Assembly (NCBI GenBank): GCA_021734945.1
Contig: JAIPIA010000001.1
Location: 244,415-308,414 of the forward strand
Source: Minisyncoccota bacterium
GTDB taxonomy: Bacteria > Patescibacteriota > Minisyncoccia > Phycocordibacterales > CAIZLB01
Length of the DNA stretch: 64,000 bases
Direction of reading: 5' to 3'
Notes under the pieces: model-generated
Told to the model about the DNA's origin: nothing
What the model saw: the letters and a program-made list of their open reading frames with translations, nothing else
The model's database searches: none
Position numbers and translations under genes: made by a program
In this document: positions 1-9,585 of the stretch, one piece after another
Layout: every line of letters begins with the position of its first letter
Position numbering within the stretch: position 1 is the stretch's first letter

Positions 1-410
1 GGAAATTTAGAATTCACAAGAACTGCTAGTTTTTTTGAATTGGTTCCCTCAGGAATAGTAATTTTTACAGGTATATATCCAAAATCACCTGATGCAATTT
101 TTTGAGAGACTTTAAACACATTGAGTGGTTGTTTAAAGATGTATGTTCCGGCAGGTATTTTTTTCTCTTTTCCGTTTGAAACAATAAGATTTTGGGTAAA
201 TTTTGGTTGTCGGACTATTCCATTTTCATAAAGTTCTCGAGAGATACTCTGTGCACCTTGCCCACTTTCGATTGTTATTCTTACAGGATAAACAGTGCTG
301 CTAGGTGCGCTAACCACATATATATAAAAAAGAATAACCCCAATAATAAAAATTGCAAAAAGAGTACTCAGTGAAATAATCACTTTTCTAACTAAAGAAT
401 TGTTATACAT
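1..410 (-). CDS. Partial (N-terminal part) MltG/YceG-family endolytic murein transglycosylase-like protein; runs off the window start.
   Basis: Manual minus-strand translation from the ATG at 410-408 gives MYNNSLVRKVIISLSTLFAIFIIGV... (TM anchor) then ...TIESGQGAQSISRELYENGIV...TIPEG, typical of the YceG/MltG N-terminal region. The ORF is not in the provided track because it is truncated. Confidence 0.5.
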   Translation of the reverse strand, partial: MYNNSLVRKVIISLSTLFAIFIIGVILFYIYVVSAPSSTVYPVRITIESGQGAQSISRELYENGIVRQPKFTQNLIVSNGKEKKIPAGTYIFKQPLNVFKVSQKIASGDFGYIPVKITIPEGTNSKKLAVLVNSKF

Positions 411-427
411 TGTGAAGTCGTTAATCA

Positions 428-1669
428 TTATATAGGTAAGTTTGCTGGTGGTTCGGCTTTCTTTGCTGTAATACGTGAAAGTGTTGGTGTCTTTGATACA
501 TCTCCTGGGAAGTGATATACCGTTGCGAGCTCTTCTGTTGTCATAACAAATGGTGTGCCGCTATAACCTGTTGGTATAAACTGTTCATAGAAAAACGCTC
601 GAGCTTTATATTTTCCAAAAAGACTTTTCTTCTGAGATAATACTTTTTTACCCTTGAGATCTTGCCATGGATATTTTACACCTGGGACTTTGGAAGCTTT
701 AAAACCATTTAGATTTTGGGCACCATACTGTCTAAATGAACCCGAAAGACCTGCAATAGTCGTCGGTCTAAATGCACTTGTTTTTGCAAGATACATTGCA
801 CGGATACCACAATCAAAAGGAATTTTTGAAAGGTTTTGTTCAATTGCATCAACTGCCTCCTTCTCACCTTTACTTAGTGACATCGTATTTGGATTTACGG
901 GCTTTTCCTTGTCTATCTTTACGTCACGCTTCATTCTCTTCTTGAGGTCTTCGTTTGCTTCATGCTTCCAATCCACTTTTTCAAACCAAGTTTTAGGTTT
1001 CTTTTTGTCTTTACCGTGGGCACGAATACAAATCTGAATCCAAGCTTGCTCACCTTTTCGCAATGATCCAAGAAATTCAATAACAGGAGTAATAGGGTCA
1101 ATCTTGAACTCTTCTTTTGGATCCTCGTGAAGTTTGTATGCAGTATATGTCTTTATCGGTACATGTGATGGACCAGATTTAACAAACTCACATCCCCAAT
1201 ACTGGTAACTGTCTGGGTCGAACGGTATTGCTCGTGCATAATCTTTGTCGGTAACATCAGCAATTTCAATATCTGGAAATTGAGAATACAATTGGGTTTC
1301 AATCATGTCTTTAAACTTTTCTTTTGTCCAAATGAAGAATCGCACAGAGCCGTCTATGGATACAAGTTCAAGAGAAAACCATGATCGCACAGAGCCATCC
1401 CAATATTTTCCAATCAAATCCCCTTCGCCACCAGGTTGGAACAATGAAGTTATAAAAACTTCCATAGCAAGCGGTGACTTTGTAATACCTTTCGGAATCC
1501 GTAGTTCGAGAAGGGCATATTTTTGCTTAGCAAAAAAAGCAGCCCGTACATAAGCAACCCAACTTTTCCAAAAAGATTTAATAACAAAAATAGTAACTAC
1601 TACTGATACAAGTAAATATAGTAATTTAAAAGCGAACAAAATTATTCCACTTGTAGAAATAGAATCCAT
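428..1669 (-). CDS. Conserved hypothetical protein with an N-terminal transmembrane anchor (413 aa); function unknown.
   Basis: Long ORF with a hydrophobic N-terminus (IILFAFKLLYLLVSVVVTIFVI) and a Lys-rich central region. I recognise no catalytic motif. Confidence 0.6.
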   Translation of the reverse strand: MDSISTSGIILFAFKLLYLLVSVVVTIFVIKSFWKSWVAYVRAAFFAKQKYALLELRIPKGITKSPLAMEVFITSLFQPGGEGDLIGKYWDGSVRSWFSLELVSIDGSVRFFIWTKEKFKDMIETQLYSQFPDIEIADVTDKDYARAIPFDPDSYQYWGCEFVKSGPSHVPIKTYTAYKLHEDPKEEFKIDPITPVIEFLGSLRKGEQAWIQICIRAHGKDKKKPKTWFEKVDWKHEANEDLKKRMKRDVKIDKEKPVNPNTMSLSKGEKEAVDAIEQNLSKIPFDCGIRAMYLAKTSAFRPTTIAGLSGSFRQYGAQNLNGFKASKVPGVKYPWQDLKGKKVLSQKKSLFGKYKARAFFYEQFIPTGYSGTPFVMTTEELATVYHFPGDVSKTPTLSRITAKKAEPPANLPI

Positions 1670-1789
1670 GTGCGTACATTTTAACTCATATATCAGATTA
1701 TATGAAGTGCAAAACCGTGATAATGGGGATTAGTAAGAGAAAGTAACAAAATATTGGAAATTCAGAATTTCAATATATCCAACTTATAA

Positions 1790-2330
1790 AATAAATAGAC
1801 CTGTACCGCCCGTCTATATGTAGAGTGGTAGGATTTGATGTCCACCATTGTTCTAAATATAAACAAGACGATACAGGCCGTTGTGATGAGCTGTCTATTG
1901 CACCATTGGCGCCAACTTGCGTGGACACTTAGTTATGCAATGTGCAGCTCGGCAAGTTCAAGCAGTTGATCGAGGATGGAAGCCTCGGTGTTTTATGCTG
2001 GCACCCTGCCTTGGAGTGGAGACGACAACACACAAAGATGTGCCACAGGCAACCCGTAGGTTGTGGCTGTGGTAAAAATCTTCCGAACCGGTCTGTGTGT
2101 GGTTGCTTGCGATGAACATTTTCATGGCGGTTTCTCCTGTTGAGGTTAATTAACACTTCTAAAGCCAAACCTTCAGCTCTAGATGCACCTGCGTCTTGCT
2201 CGCAGCACTTTAGGATATGACCTTTGTGCTGAATAACACTACGGATTGCATGCTTTAAATATACACCCACTTTTTGAAACTGTACAAATGCTGTTTTGCA
2301 CAAGTAAATGACAAAAAAACCACACATCTT
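1790..2330 (-). ncRNA. Candidate structured non-coding RNA of unknown class (GC-rich, ORF-poor about 540 nt); some RNase P RNA-like motifs on the minus strand, but the motif order does not fit a canonical RNase P.
   Basis: G+C is clearly elevated relative to the flanking genes and there is no credible ORF. Many local helices are present, e.g. CCACAGCCACAACC-UAC-GGGUUGCCUGUGG and UGCACAUUG...CAAUGGUGCA. On the minus strand, GUCGUCUCCACUCCAAGGCAGGGUGCCAG resembles the RNase P P4/P5 region, GUGCAAUAGACAGC...AACGGCC resembles P10/11, and ACAGACCGGUUCGG resembles the P4 3' strand but lies 5' of the other two. A weak hairpin plus U-tract on the minus strand near 1778-1816 could terminate it. Confidence 0.3.
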
Positions 2331-2386
2331 AGGTGTAGTATTTTTGAATAGAGTCTAAATTTTATTTAATTTTCTACAAACTTGAT

Positions 2387-3436
2387 TTATTTGAGAGCTT
2401 CTCCAAGTGTGTATTTTCCTTCTTTATCTTTTTTGAAAAACTTAGAGTTCTGAAGATTTACGAGGATAGTATTTTCTTTTACATATCGCTCCTTCATAAC
2501 TTTCTGGATGATTTCCTCTTTTGTTAGTGGACCATGCTTTTCAATCATCTTCTTTATAACTTCTTTTACAACACCACTTGCATATCCCCATTCTGTAAGT
2601 GCATAGAGTCCTCGCCCAACAAGTACAAACCGTTTATCTTTGATAAGTTCGTTGTGAGTTGTCGCAATGTGTGCCTTTTTATTAAAAAGTTTCTCGATAA
2701 GTTTAGCAATATCACGGAAGTGAATAGGTGATCCATGTTTCCGCATAGCTAGATATGCATAATCTCGAATACCTTTTGTCTTGACGTTTTGTGAGTTAGA
2801 TTTTCCCCATTCGCCGAGTGGATTCTTTGACATGTTCTTAGAGATACCAAGCCATCGCTTAGCAACTTCTTCGTTTCGGTATTTTTCATTTACATCCTTG
2901 AGGTGGTCAAGAAATGATTGAACCATTTCTGATTCTGGAACAAGATCGTCATCGTTGAGACTCTTGTACATCTTTCGGAGTGCATCATGAATCTTCTTTG
3001 AAAGAGAAACATCTACATGCCATCGGTGTTTAAACTCTGGATCTTCCTTTTCTTTTTTGAATGCGTCACCAACAACAAGCATGAAGTGAACATGGTTTTG
3101 AGTTGATTCATCTTTTGCAAAATGTTTGAGAAGCTCTTCTTCGCCAACCATACCGCCGAAGTCGTGGATGTGAGTATAGAGTTCTTCAAAAGTAGCTTTC
3201 TCTTGTTTGTAGAATGCAGACTTTCGAATGTTCTGAAGAGCTGCATGCTCAATCTGTCGTACTCGCTCTCGAGTAATAGAATACATCTCACCAATAGCTT
3301 CAAGAGTCATTCGCTCGTTGTTTTTGTCGAGACCGTAACGCTTTGTAACTACGAGACGTGATCTTTCAGGTAATGCTGAAAGCAATCTTTTTGTAATATT
3401 TTTCGGCTTAAATGATAATTCGGCGATGTTTGTCAT
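2387..3436 (-). CDS. Sigma-70 region-4-like HTH domain protein with an uncharacterised C-terminal winged-helix-like domain; not a canonical RpoD.
   Basis: The N-terminus (RLLSALPERSRLVVTKRYGL...MTLEAIGEMYSITRERVRQIEHAALQNIRK) matches sigma-70 region 4.2. The remaining roughly 270 aa have no sigma region 2 or 3 motifs. Confidence 0.5.
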   Translation of the reverse strand: MTNIAELSFKPKNITKRLLSALPERSRLVVTKRYGLDKNNERMTLEAIGEMYSITRERVRQIEHAALQNIRKSAFYKQEKATFEELYTHIHDFGGMVGEEELLKHFAKDESTQNHVHFMLVVGDAFKKEKEDPEFKHRWHVDVSLSKKIHDALRKMYKSLNDDDLVPESEMVQSFLDHLKDVNEKYRNEEVAKRWLGISKNMSKNPLGEWGKSNSQNVKTKGIRDYAYLAMRKHGSPIHFRDIAKLIEKLFNKKAHIATTHNELIKDKRFVLVGRGLYALTEWGYASGVVKEVIKKMIEKHGPLTKEEIIQKVMKERYVKENTILVNLQNSKFFKKDKEGKYTLGEALK

Positions 3437-3542
3437 AGGTTTATGCTGTTATTTTTAGCACATTGTTCAATAATAGTCAACATATGCTAATGGTTCTTGT
3501 CAAGGGTAGGTCTTGACAACTAAAAATGGCTAGTAATAAGGC

Positions 3543-6182
3543 TTAAATTGCAGGAGCAACAAAGTTAATCAACTTACCTTTCACATATATTACCTTAGTT
3601 GGCTTAGTATCACCCAATCTTTTAACTATCTCGTCAAGCTTAAGAGCGAGCTCAACTACATGAGCTTCTGTATCATCAGATACAGTCATTGTTGCACGAA
3701 CTTTACTGTTAATTTGGACTACAATTTTGAATGTACTTGATTGTAATTTTGTAACATCATATACAGGCCACGCTTCTAAGTGGATGCTTTTTTTGTTTCC
3801 AAGTTGTGACCATAAATCCGCTGTAACATAAGGCGCAAATGGAGCGAGGAGTTTAAGTAATATTTCGTAGTTCTCTCGACTTATCTTGCGCTCTGAGAGT
3901 TCCTTTTGCTCTAATTGAGTATTTTGACCTACAGACTGTGTTTCTTTTTCGAGTGCGTTTAAAAGAATCATAAGAGATGAAATTGCAGTATTGTGTGCAA
4001 AACTTTCTATATCCTCCCCTACTTTTTTAATAGTTCGGTGGATCAATGATTCAAGTTCATCATTTGAAGTCTGCTCAGATTTTTTAGTAGTTTTTGATTC
4101 AACTTTTTGTAATAGCCGATACACACGCTCAATAAATCTACGTGACCCAATCATATTGTCTGTACTCCAGGCTATTCCGGCTTCAAATGGACCCATAAAC
4201 ATTTCATATACTCGAAGTGTATCTGCACCATAAAGCTTTACGATGTCATCAGGATTAACAACGTTTCCATACCTCTTACTCATCTTTCTACCGTCAGGAC
4301 CTGCAATTAATCCCTGATTCTTTAGCGACATGAATGGTTCAGATGTTGAAACAGCTCCAATGTCATACAAGAATTTGTGCCAAAAACGAGCATATATAAG
4401 GTGACGTGTAGCGTGTTCTGCTCCACCTACGTACATATCTACTGGCTGCCAATACTTTTCTTTTTTCGGGTCTACGAGAGCTTTGTTATTTTTAGGGTCA
4501 ATAAATCGGAGATAGTACCAACATGAACCGGCCCATTGTGGCATTGTATTTGTTTCTCGCTTTGCAGGAGTCTTACAAACTGGACATTTTACATTTACCC
4601 ATGCATCAATAGCTGCAAGCGGTGATTCTCCTGTGCCTGTAGGTTCGTATGACTTTACGTTCGGGAGCTTGAGAGGAAGATCCTTCTCAGGAACAGGAAC
4701 AACTCCACATTTTGGACAATGTATAAGTGGAATAGGTTCACCCCAATATCGCTGTCGTGAAAACACCCAATCTCGGAGTTTGTAGTTCGTAACAAGCTTT
4801 CCAAATTTCTGTGCAATTTGAATCCGGGCATCTTCAGAAGATATATTTGAAAATTCACCAGAGTTACAAGTACGTCCGAGATGTAAGATTGGACCTTCTT
4901 GTTTTATATATTCTAATTCATCACATTTATATTTTTCATGAAAATTAGCTGAAGCATTTCCATCCATGAATACAGTCTGTTTAAATTCCAAATTATACTT
5001 TTTTGAAAAAGCCCAATCACGTTCGTCATGAGCTGGTACTGCCATTACTGCACCAGTTCCATACCCTGCTAATACATAATCAGCAAGCCAAACTGGAATC
5101 TCTTCATTGTTTGCTGGGTTTATAGCTTTGATACCCTTAATTTCAACTCCGTTCTTTTCCTTCCCTTCAGCTGTTCTTTCGATGTCAGTCTTACCTTTGA
5201 GGGATTCAATAAAAGAATTTATTTCATCCTTATTTGTTGACTGTCCTAGAAGTTGATTAACAAGTTTGTGTTCAGGAGCAAGGACAACATATGTAACACC
5301 AAAGAGCGTGTCCGCTCTTGTTGTAAAGACAGAAATTTTTGTATTCTCTATTCCAGAATATCCATCAACTTTTATTTTAAAATCAAATTCAGCTCCTTCA
5401 CTTCGTCCAATCCAATTTCGCTGTGATTCTTTGATTGATTCAGGCCAATTGAGTGCGTCTATATCTTTAAGAAGTCTGTCTGCGTACTTAGTGATTTTAA
5501 TAATCCACTGTCGTATAGGTTTCTGCTCAACAACTGATCCACATCGTTCGCATTTACCGTCTTCGAGGTCTTCGTTTGCAAGACCAGTTTTACATGATGG
5601 ACACCAGTTGATTGGTTCATGCGATTCGTGTGTAAGACCTTTTTTATGCATCTGCAAAAATGCCCACTGAGTCCACTTGTAGTATTCAGGATCTGTTGTA
5701 TTTATTTCTCGTGACCAGTCATAGTTTAATCCGAGTATTGAAAGTTGCTCTTTAAAGCGTTTAACATTTGTTTTTACTGCAATACTTGGATGCACTTTAT
5801 TTTTGAGAGCGAACTCTTCGGCTGGTAAGCCAAAAGCATCCCAACCCATTGGGTGTAAGACGTTGAATCCCTTCATAGTTTTAAATCGAGAGTATGAGTC
5901 TGTAGCGATGTATCCTCTTGGATGACCAACGTGTAAACCTGTGCCAGATGGATAAGGAAACATATCGAGTACGTACGCCTTAGGCTTGTTCTTATTTTCC
6001 TGAGTCTTGTATATCTTGGTTTTATCCCACACTTTCTGCCACTTTTTCTCAATCTTTAAATGGTCATATGCTTCAACTTTTTTTGGAGAACTAATTTTTG
6101 TTTTGGTAGATATCTTAGCTTTTGTAGTTTTTTTTAATGCCTTCTTTTTACTTGGTTTCATGTGATTTTCTTGTTTTAGCAC
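3543..6182 (-). CDS. leuS: Leucyl-tRNA synthetase with a Lys-rich N-terminal extension.
   Basis: YVLDMFPYPSGTGLHVGHPRGYIATDSYSRF (HIGH-type motif), the KMSKRYGNVVNP (KMSKS) motif and an editing-domain insertion; 879 aa. Confidence 0.95.
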   Translation of the reverse strand: MLKQENHMKPSKKKALKKTTKAKISTKTKISSPKKVEAYDHLKIEKKWQKVWDKTKIYKTQENKNKPKAYVLDMFPYPSGTGLHVGHPRGYIATDSYSRFKTMKGFNVLHPMGWDAFGLPAEEFALKNKVHPSIAVKTNVKRFKEQLSILGLNYDWSREINTTDPEYYKWTQWAFLQMHKKGLTHESHEPINWCPSCKTGLANEDLEDGKCERCGSVVEQKPIRQWIIKITKYADRLLKDIDALNWPESIKESQRNWIGRSEGAEFDFKIKVDGYSGIENTKISVFTTRADTLFGVTYVVLAPEHKLVNQLLGQSTNKDEINSFIESLKGKTDIERTAEGKEKNGVEIKGIKAINPANNEEIPVWLADYVLAGYGTGAVMAVPAHDERDWAFSKKYNLEFKQTVFMDGNASANFHEKYKCDELEYIKQEGPILHLGRTCNSGEFSNISSEDARIQIAQKFGKLVTNYKLRDWVFSRQRYWGEPIPLIHCPKCGVVPVPEKDLPLKLPNVKSYEPTGTGESPLAAIDAWVNVKCPVCKTPAKRETNTMPQWAGSCWYYLRFIDPKNNKALVDPKKEKYWQPVDMYVGGAEHATRHLIYARFWHKFLYDIGAVSTSEPFMSLKNQGLIAGPDGRKMSKRYGNVVNPDDIVKLYGADTLRVYEMFMGPFEAGIAWSTDNMIGSRRFIERVYRLLQKVESKTTKKSEQTSNDELESLIHRTIKKVGEDIESFAHNTAISSLMILLNALEKETQSVGQNTQLEQKELSERKISRENYEILLKLLAPFAPYVTADLWSQLGNKKSIHLEAWPVYDVTKLQSSTFKIVVQINSKVRATMTVSDDTEAHVVELALKLDEIVKRLGDTKPTKVIYVKGKLINFVAPAI

Positions 6183-6222
6183 TATGGTTGAGTCTATAAA
6201 ACTCGCGATATGCCCTTATGTG

Positions 6223-7233
6223 TTAGTTTTGCTGTTTAATATACTTCTTATTTAGGTAATAGGTCAAATATCCCAGGGCTATGATAAGCAGACCAGAAAC
6301 AAGGAGTGCCAGCGAGAAACTAATACTATCTGCAAAATATTGAACTGATATTTTTATACAATAAATACCTATTGCAATTGATGTTATGACTAAGCCAATT
6401 TGAGTCCTTAAATTAATACTTAATACTACTGCTCCTATAGCTAAGAATGCATAGATGAAATTCCAGAAACCACCTAGGAATAGAGCTGCAAACATAAATA
6501 GAGCAAAAGCAAGGAATGTATATATTGACGAGAGGGTTCTGTTACTTTTAGACGCTATATTACTGTTGTCTTCAACAGCTTTTTTGACCCATGATCCATA
6601 CATGAGATATCCAATCGCTAGAATCATTGAGGCGTATGTTACGACGTCTTTGAGTACATACAAATCGAAACCACTTCCCTTTAAGAATTTAGCGACACAT
6701 GCATAATACGCGACTGTAAAGAAAACAGTTAAAATAATATGAAGTATTTTTTTATGAGTTGCATACAGAGCAACGGCGAATATAGCAAAAAGTACAGTTG
6801 AGACGAGCAGTGAAGAATTGGCAGTGTCCCATGAAGTGGTGGCAACACCATTTATCCAAACAAAACCACCAATAAACAATGTTATAGACGAAACAGTTAG
6901 AAAAACTTGAGTGAGAACATTGTATTGCTCTTTTTTGTATACAAGGATTGCTGAAACAAATGTTGCTAGGCCAAAACCTACTGTTACAAGCCATCTGCCA
7001 GCAAATCCAATTGCATTCCAATTATTTGAAAGCAATACAATTACACCAATAACGGCAATGACACCTCCAATAGTATAAAGAACTTTTGGAACTATCGAAC
7101 TTTTATCAGATGTATCGGCTGTCCCCGTAGTAGCGAGGGTGTGACCTGTTGCGACAGCGATTACCTCGTCTTTCGAAACGATGTTTTGATCTATAGACTC
7201 CTTGATTGTCTTTAAAACTTGTTCTTTGTTCAT
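6223..7233 (-). CDS. Polytopic integral membrane protein, hypothetical (DUF2157/DUF4401-like architecture).
   Basis: A soluble N-terminal segment followed by at least 8 hydrophobic helices. Confidence 0.55.
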   Translation of the reverse strand: MNKEQVLKTIKESIDQNIVSKDEVIAVATGHTLATTGTADTSDKSSIVPKVLYTIGGVIAVIGVIVLLSNNWNAIGFAGRWLVTVGFGLATFVSAILVYKKEQYNVLTQVFLTVSSITLFIGGFVWINGVATTSWDTANSSLLVSTVLFAIFAVALYATHKKILHIILTVFFTVAYYACVAKFLKGSGFDLYVLKDVVTYASMILAIGYLMYGSWVKKAVEDNSNIASKSNRTLSSIYTFLAFALFMFAALFLGGFWNFIYAFLAIGAVVLSINLRTQIGLVITSIAIGIYCIKISVQYFADSISFSLALLVSGLLIIALGYLTYYLNKKYIKQQN

Positions 7234-7244
7234 ATTGTATTTGA

Positions 7245-7934
7245 TTAATTTGTTGAATTTTCCGTTGAACTTGCTGTGGTAGTACTTGTTACATTGCCCA
7301 TTGGGCTAGATATTGATTGCAGGGGTTCAATCCATGTCAGAAAATTAAAGTTATTGTCATAGTATGAAACGTCATTTGAGTCTTCGATACTAGTTTTCAT
7401 GTAAGTATTTTTCTTAGAAATATACACTCCTCCATTTGCACCTCCAAATAGTTCTAGTATCCCTCTATTAACAATTCTCTTTGAAACTGAAAAACCATCT
7501 GGAGACAGAGTCTTGCCTTTTACTTCAAGTTTTGTAGCAGCTTCAAAAGAAATTGGGTATACGGTATCTTCCGCAGTTCGATACACAAATAGTTCTGGCA
7601 CTTCTTGTTGAACGACACGGCTATATCCGTAGCAAGGTTCTGCAACTTCTCGCTTATCAAAAATACTGTTTATGTAAGGTTTTTTTACAAGAAAACCATT
7701 TTCAATATCGTAATAACTTGAATATGCGACGCATGAATTATTAATATATTGAGATCGAGAAGTTTCTTTTATAAATAAGAAATCATACTTTGGTTTTGGA
7801 CCAAGACTAGGAAGAATAGATAGGAAGCCGATAATAAGAACTAATAATATAGGCAACGAGATTGCAATAATAGCTGGCAGATTCTGTCGTAAGGTTTCCT
7901 TTTTCATATGATTTAGCGAAATCATGTCGCGCAA
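7245..7934 (-). CDS. Hypothetical protein with an N-terminal signal anchor; extracytoplasmic.
   Basis: N-terminal TM helix (LPAIIAISLPILLVLIIGFLSILP) followed by a hydrophilic domain. Confidence 0.5.
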   Translation of the reverse strand: MRDMISLNHMKKETLRQNLPAIIAISLPILLVLIIGFLSILPSLGPKPKYDFLFIKETSRSQYINNSCVAYSSYYDIENGFLVKKPYINSIFDKREVAEPCYGYSRVVQQEVPELFVYRTAEDTVYPISFEAATKLEVKGKTLSPDGFSVSKRIVNRGILELFGGANGGVYISKKNTYMKTSIEDSNDVSYYDNNFNFLTWIEPLQSISSPMGNVTSTTTASSTENSTN

Positions 7935-8140
7935 TGTCCGATTCTGCTGAATCGTGTCGAGCCTCCGTCCTATTGGGCTCGACCTGCGAGGCGATGCTTT
8001 AGCATAAAGATTATACCATGAAAGCAGGCTTTTATTGGAAGTCTTCAGGATACCTTTCTTTTATTAAAGATGGTTGAACTATATATTAAACACGGAATTC
8101 AATTCATTCCACGCTTCGCTCTGAATTCCCGAATTTTGAG

Positions 8141-9247
8141 CTAGACTCTAAACTCAATCACATCACCATCCTTCACTATGTACTCCTTACCTTCAGTTCG
8201 TACCAACCCTTTTTCTCGCGCTGTCGCAAATGAACCGGCATTGAGAAGTTCATTCCAAGCGATGACTTCTGCGCGAATGAATTTTTCTTTGAAGTCTGTG
8301 TGAATAGCAGTTCCTGCCATAGGCGCATTCCACCCCTTTTCAATAGTCCACGCACGAGTTTCCTCTACTCCAGTTGTAAAATATGTCTGGAGATTGAGTA
8401 AATCATACCCACCTTTAATTAGATCGTTGATACCATCATCTTTTGCACCAAGTTCAATTCTAAACATTTCTTTTTCTTCACCAACGAGATCCATGAGTTC
8501 ATGCTCAACTTTTGCGTCCACAACAACCCATTTAGCGTTTCGCGCTGTCATGTATTCTACCAAAGCTTCATATCGAGCCTCGTGGCCATCTTCGAGTTCA
8601 TCGAGATTTACTCCTCCAGCCTTTTTATTCAAAATATACATAATCGGCTTCATGGTCAGAAGTGCCAAACTTTGAATAGTGAGTTGTTCATCTTCTGTGA
8701 GTCCTGCAGTTTGAGCTAACTCTTCGGCTTCGAGTACTTTTATTACCTTTTCAAGTACTGCTTTTTCAGCAATTGCTGGTTTGTCACCACGCTTCACATC
8801 TTTCTCAACATTGCCAAGACGCTTTGTGACAGTTTGCATGTCAGCAAGGATAAGCTCAAGGTTTATAACCTGAATATCATTCACAGGATTAATTTTTCCA
8901 TCAACGTGAATTACATTTTGATCCTCAAAGATTCGCACAACTTCGGCAATGGCATTTACCTCTCGAATATGTGAGAGAAATTTATTTCCAAGACCCTCAC
9001 CTTCTGACGCACCTTTTACAAGTCCTGCAATGTCAACGAACTCTACTATAGCTGGAACCGTTCGATTTGTTTTTGAGAAATCTGCGAGCTTATGGAGCCG
9101 TTCATCAGGCACAGCAACAACACCTACTGATGGATCAATAGTACAGAATGGATAGTTTTCTGCTGGAACAGATTTCTTTGTTAATGCATTAAAAAGAGTT
9201 GATTTACCAACGTTTGGGAGGCCTACGATGCCGATTGCGAGTTTCAT
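8141..9247 (-). CDS. ychF: Ribosome-binding ATPase YchF (Obg-family GTPase).
   Basis: MKLAIGIVGLPNVGKSTLFNALT (G1), NYPFCTIDP, and a C-terminal TGS domain (VRAEVIAWNELL...). Confidence 0.9.
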   Translation of the reverse strand: MKLAIGIVGLPNVGKSTLFNALTKKSVPAENYPFCTIDPSVGVVAVPDERLHKLADFSKTNRTVPAIVEFVDIAGLVKGASEGEGLGNKFLSHIREVNAIAEVVRIFEDQNVIHVDGKINPVNDIQVINLELILADMQTVTKRLGNVEKDVKRGDKPAIAEKAVLEKVIKVLEAEELAQTAGLTEDEQLTIQSLALLTMKPIMYILNKKAGGVNLDELEDGHEARYEALVEYMTARNAKWVVVDAKVEHELMDLVGEEKEMFRIELGAKDDGINDLIKGGYDLLNLQTYFTTGVEETRAWTIEKGWNAPMAGTAIHTDFKEKFIRAEVIAWNELLNAGSFATAREKGLVRTEGKEYIVKDGDVIEFRV

Positions 9248-9287
9248 ACCGTGCAGTCTAACAGAAAAAAGGGCTTAAATAAAGGGA

Positions 9288-9530
9288 TTACTTCTGTCCT
9301 CCCTGCATCAACTTCTGCAATTCACCTTGATGCTTTCGCATAACTTCCATAGTTGCAGCCATTTGATCTCGTCCCTGCTTCTTGAGAGCATCAACTTCTT
9401 TGCCAATATTTTCGAAAAATTCTGGATTACTTTCTACTAAACTGATAATTCTATCCTGCTCTGCTTCAGGCACCCCTTTCATCTGGCGCTTGAGCATCTG
9501 CTTCATTAAAAAGTTTTTGAAAAATGCCAT
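9288..9530 (-). CDS. Small hypothetical protein (80 aa), Met/Gln/Lys-rich.
   Basis: ORF of reasonable composition between ychF and the kinases; no recognised motif. Confidence 0.35.
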   Translation of the reverse strand: MAFFKNFLMKQMLKRQMKGVPEAEQDRIISLVESNPEFFENIGKEVDALKKQGRDQMAATMEVMRKHQGELQKLMQGGQK

Positions 9531-9585
9531 ATGGAGATAAGTTTAACAGAAATTAGAGGCCGGCACAATTGACCGATTTAAAGCT

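Noticed and set aside
192-374. 60-aa plus-strand ORF
   Set aside because: It is antisense to the partial MltG-like gene, which has a clear protein signature; chance ORF.
1929-2327. 132-aa minus-strand ORF in the track
   Set aside because: It lies entirely within the GC-rich structured, ORF-poor patch. The composition is not coding-like (Cys/His/Arg-rich with no motifs). It is better explained as a chance ORF in a structured RNA or acquired fragment.
3991-5670. Antisense ORFs inside leuS (3991..4233, 5266..5670 plus strand, 4655..4858 minus strand in another frame)
   Set aside because: They are embedded in, or antisense to, a well-supported 879-aa LeuS; chance ORFs typical of AT-rich sequence.
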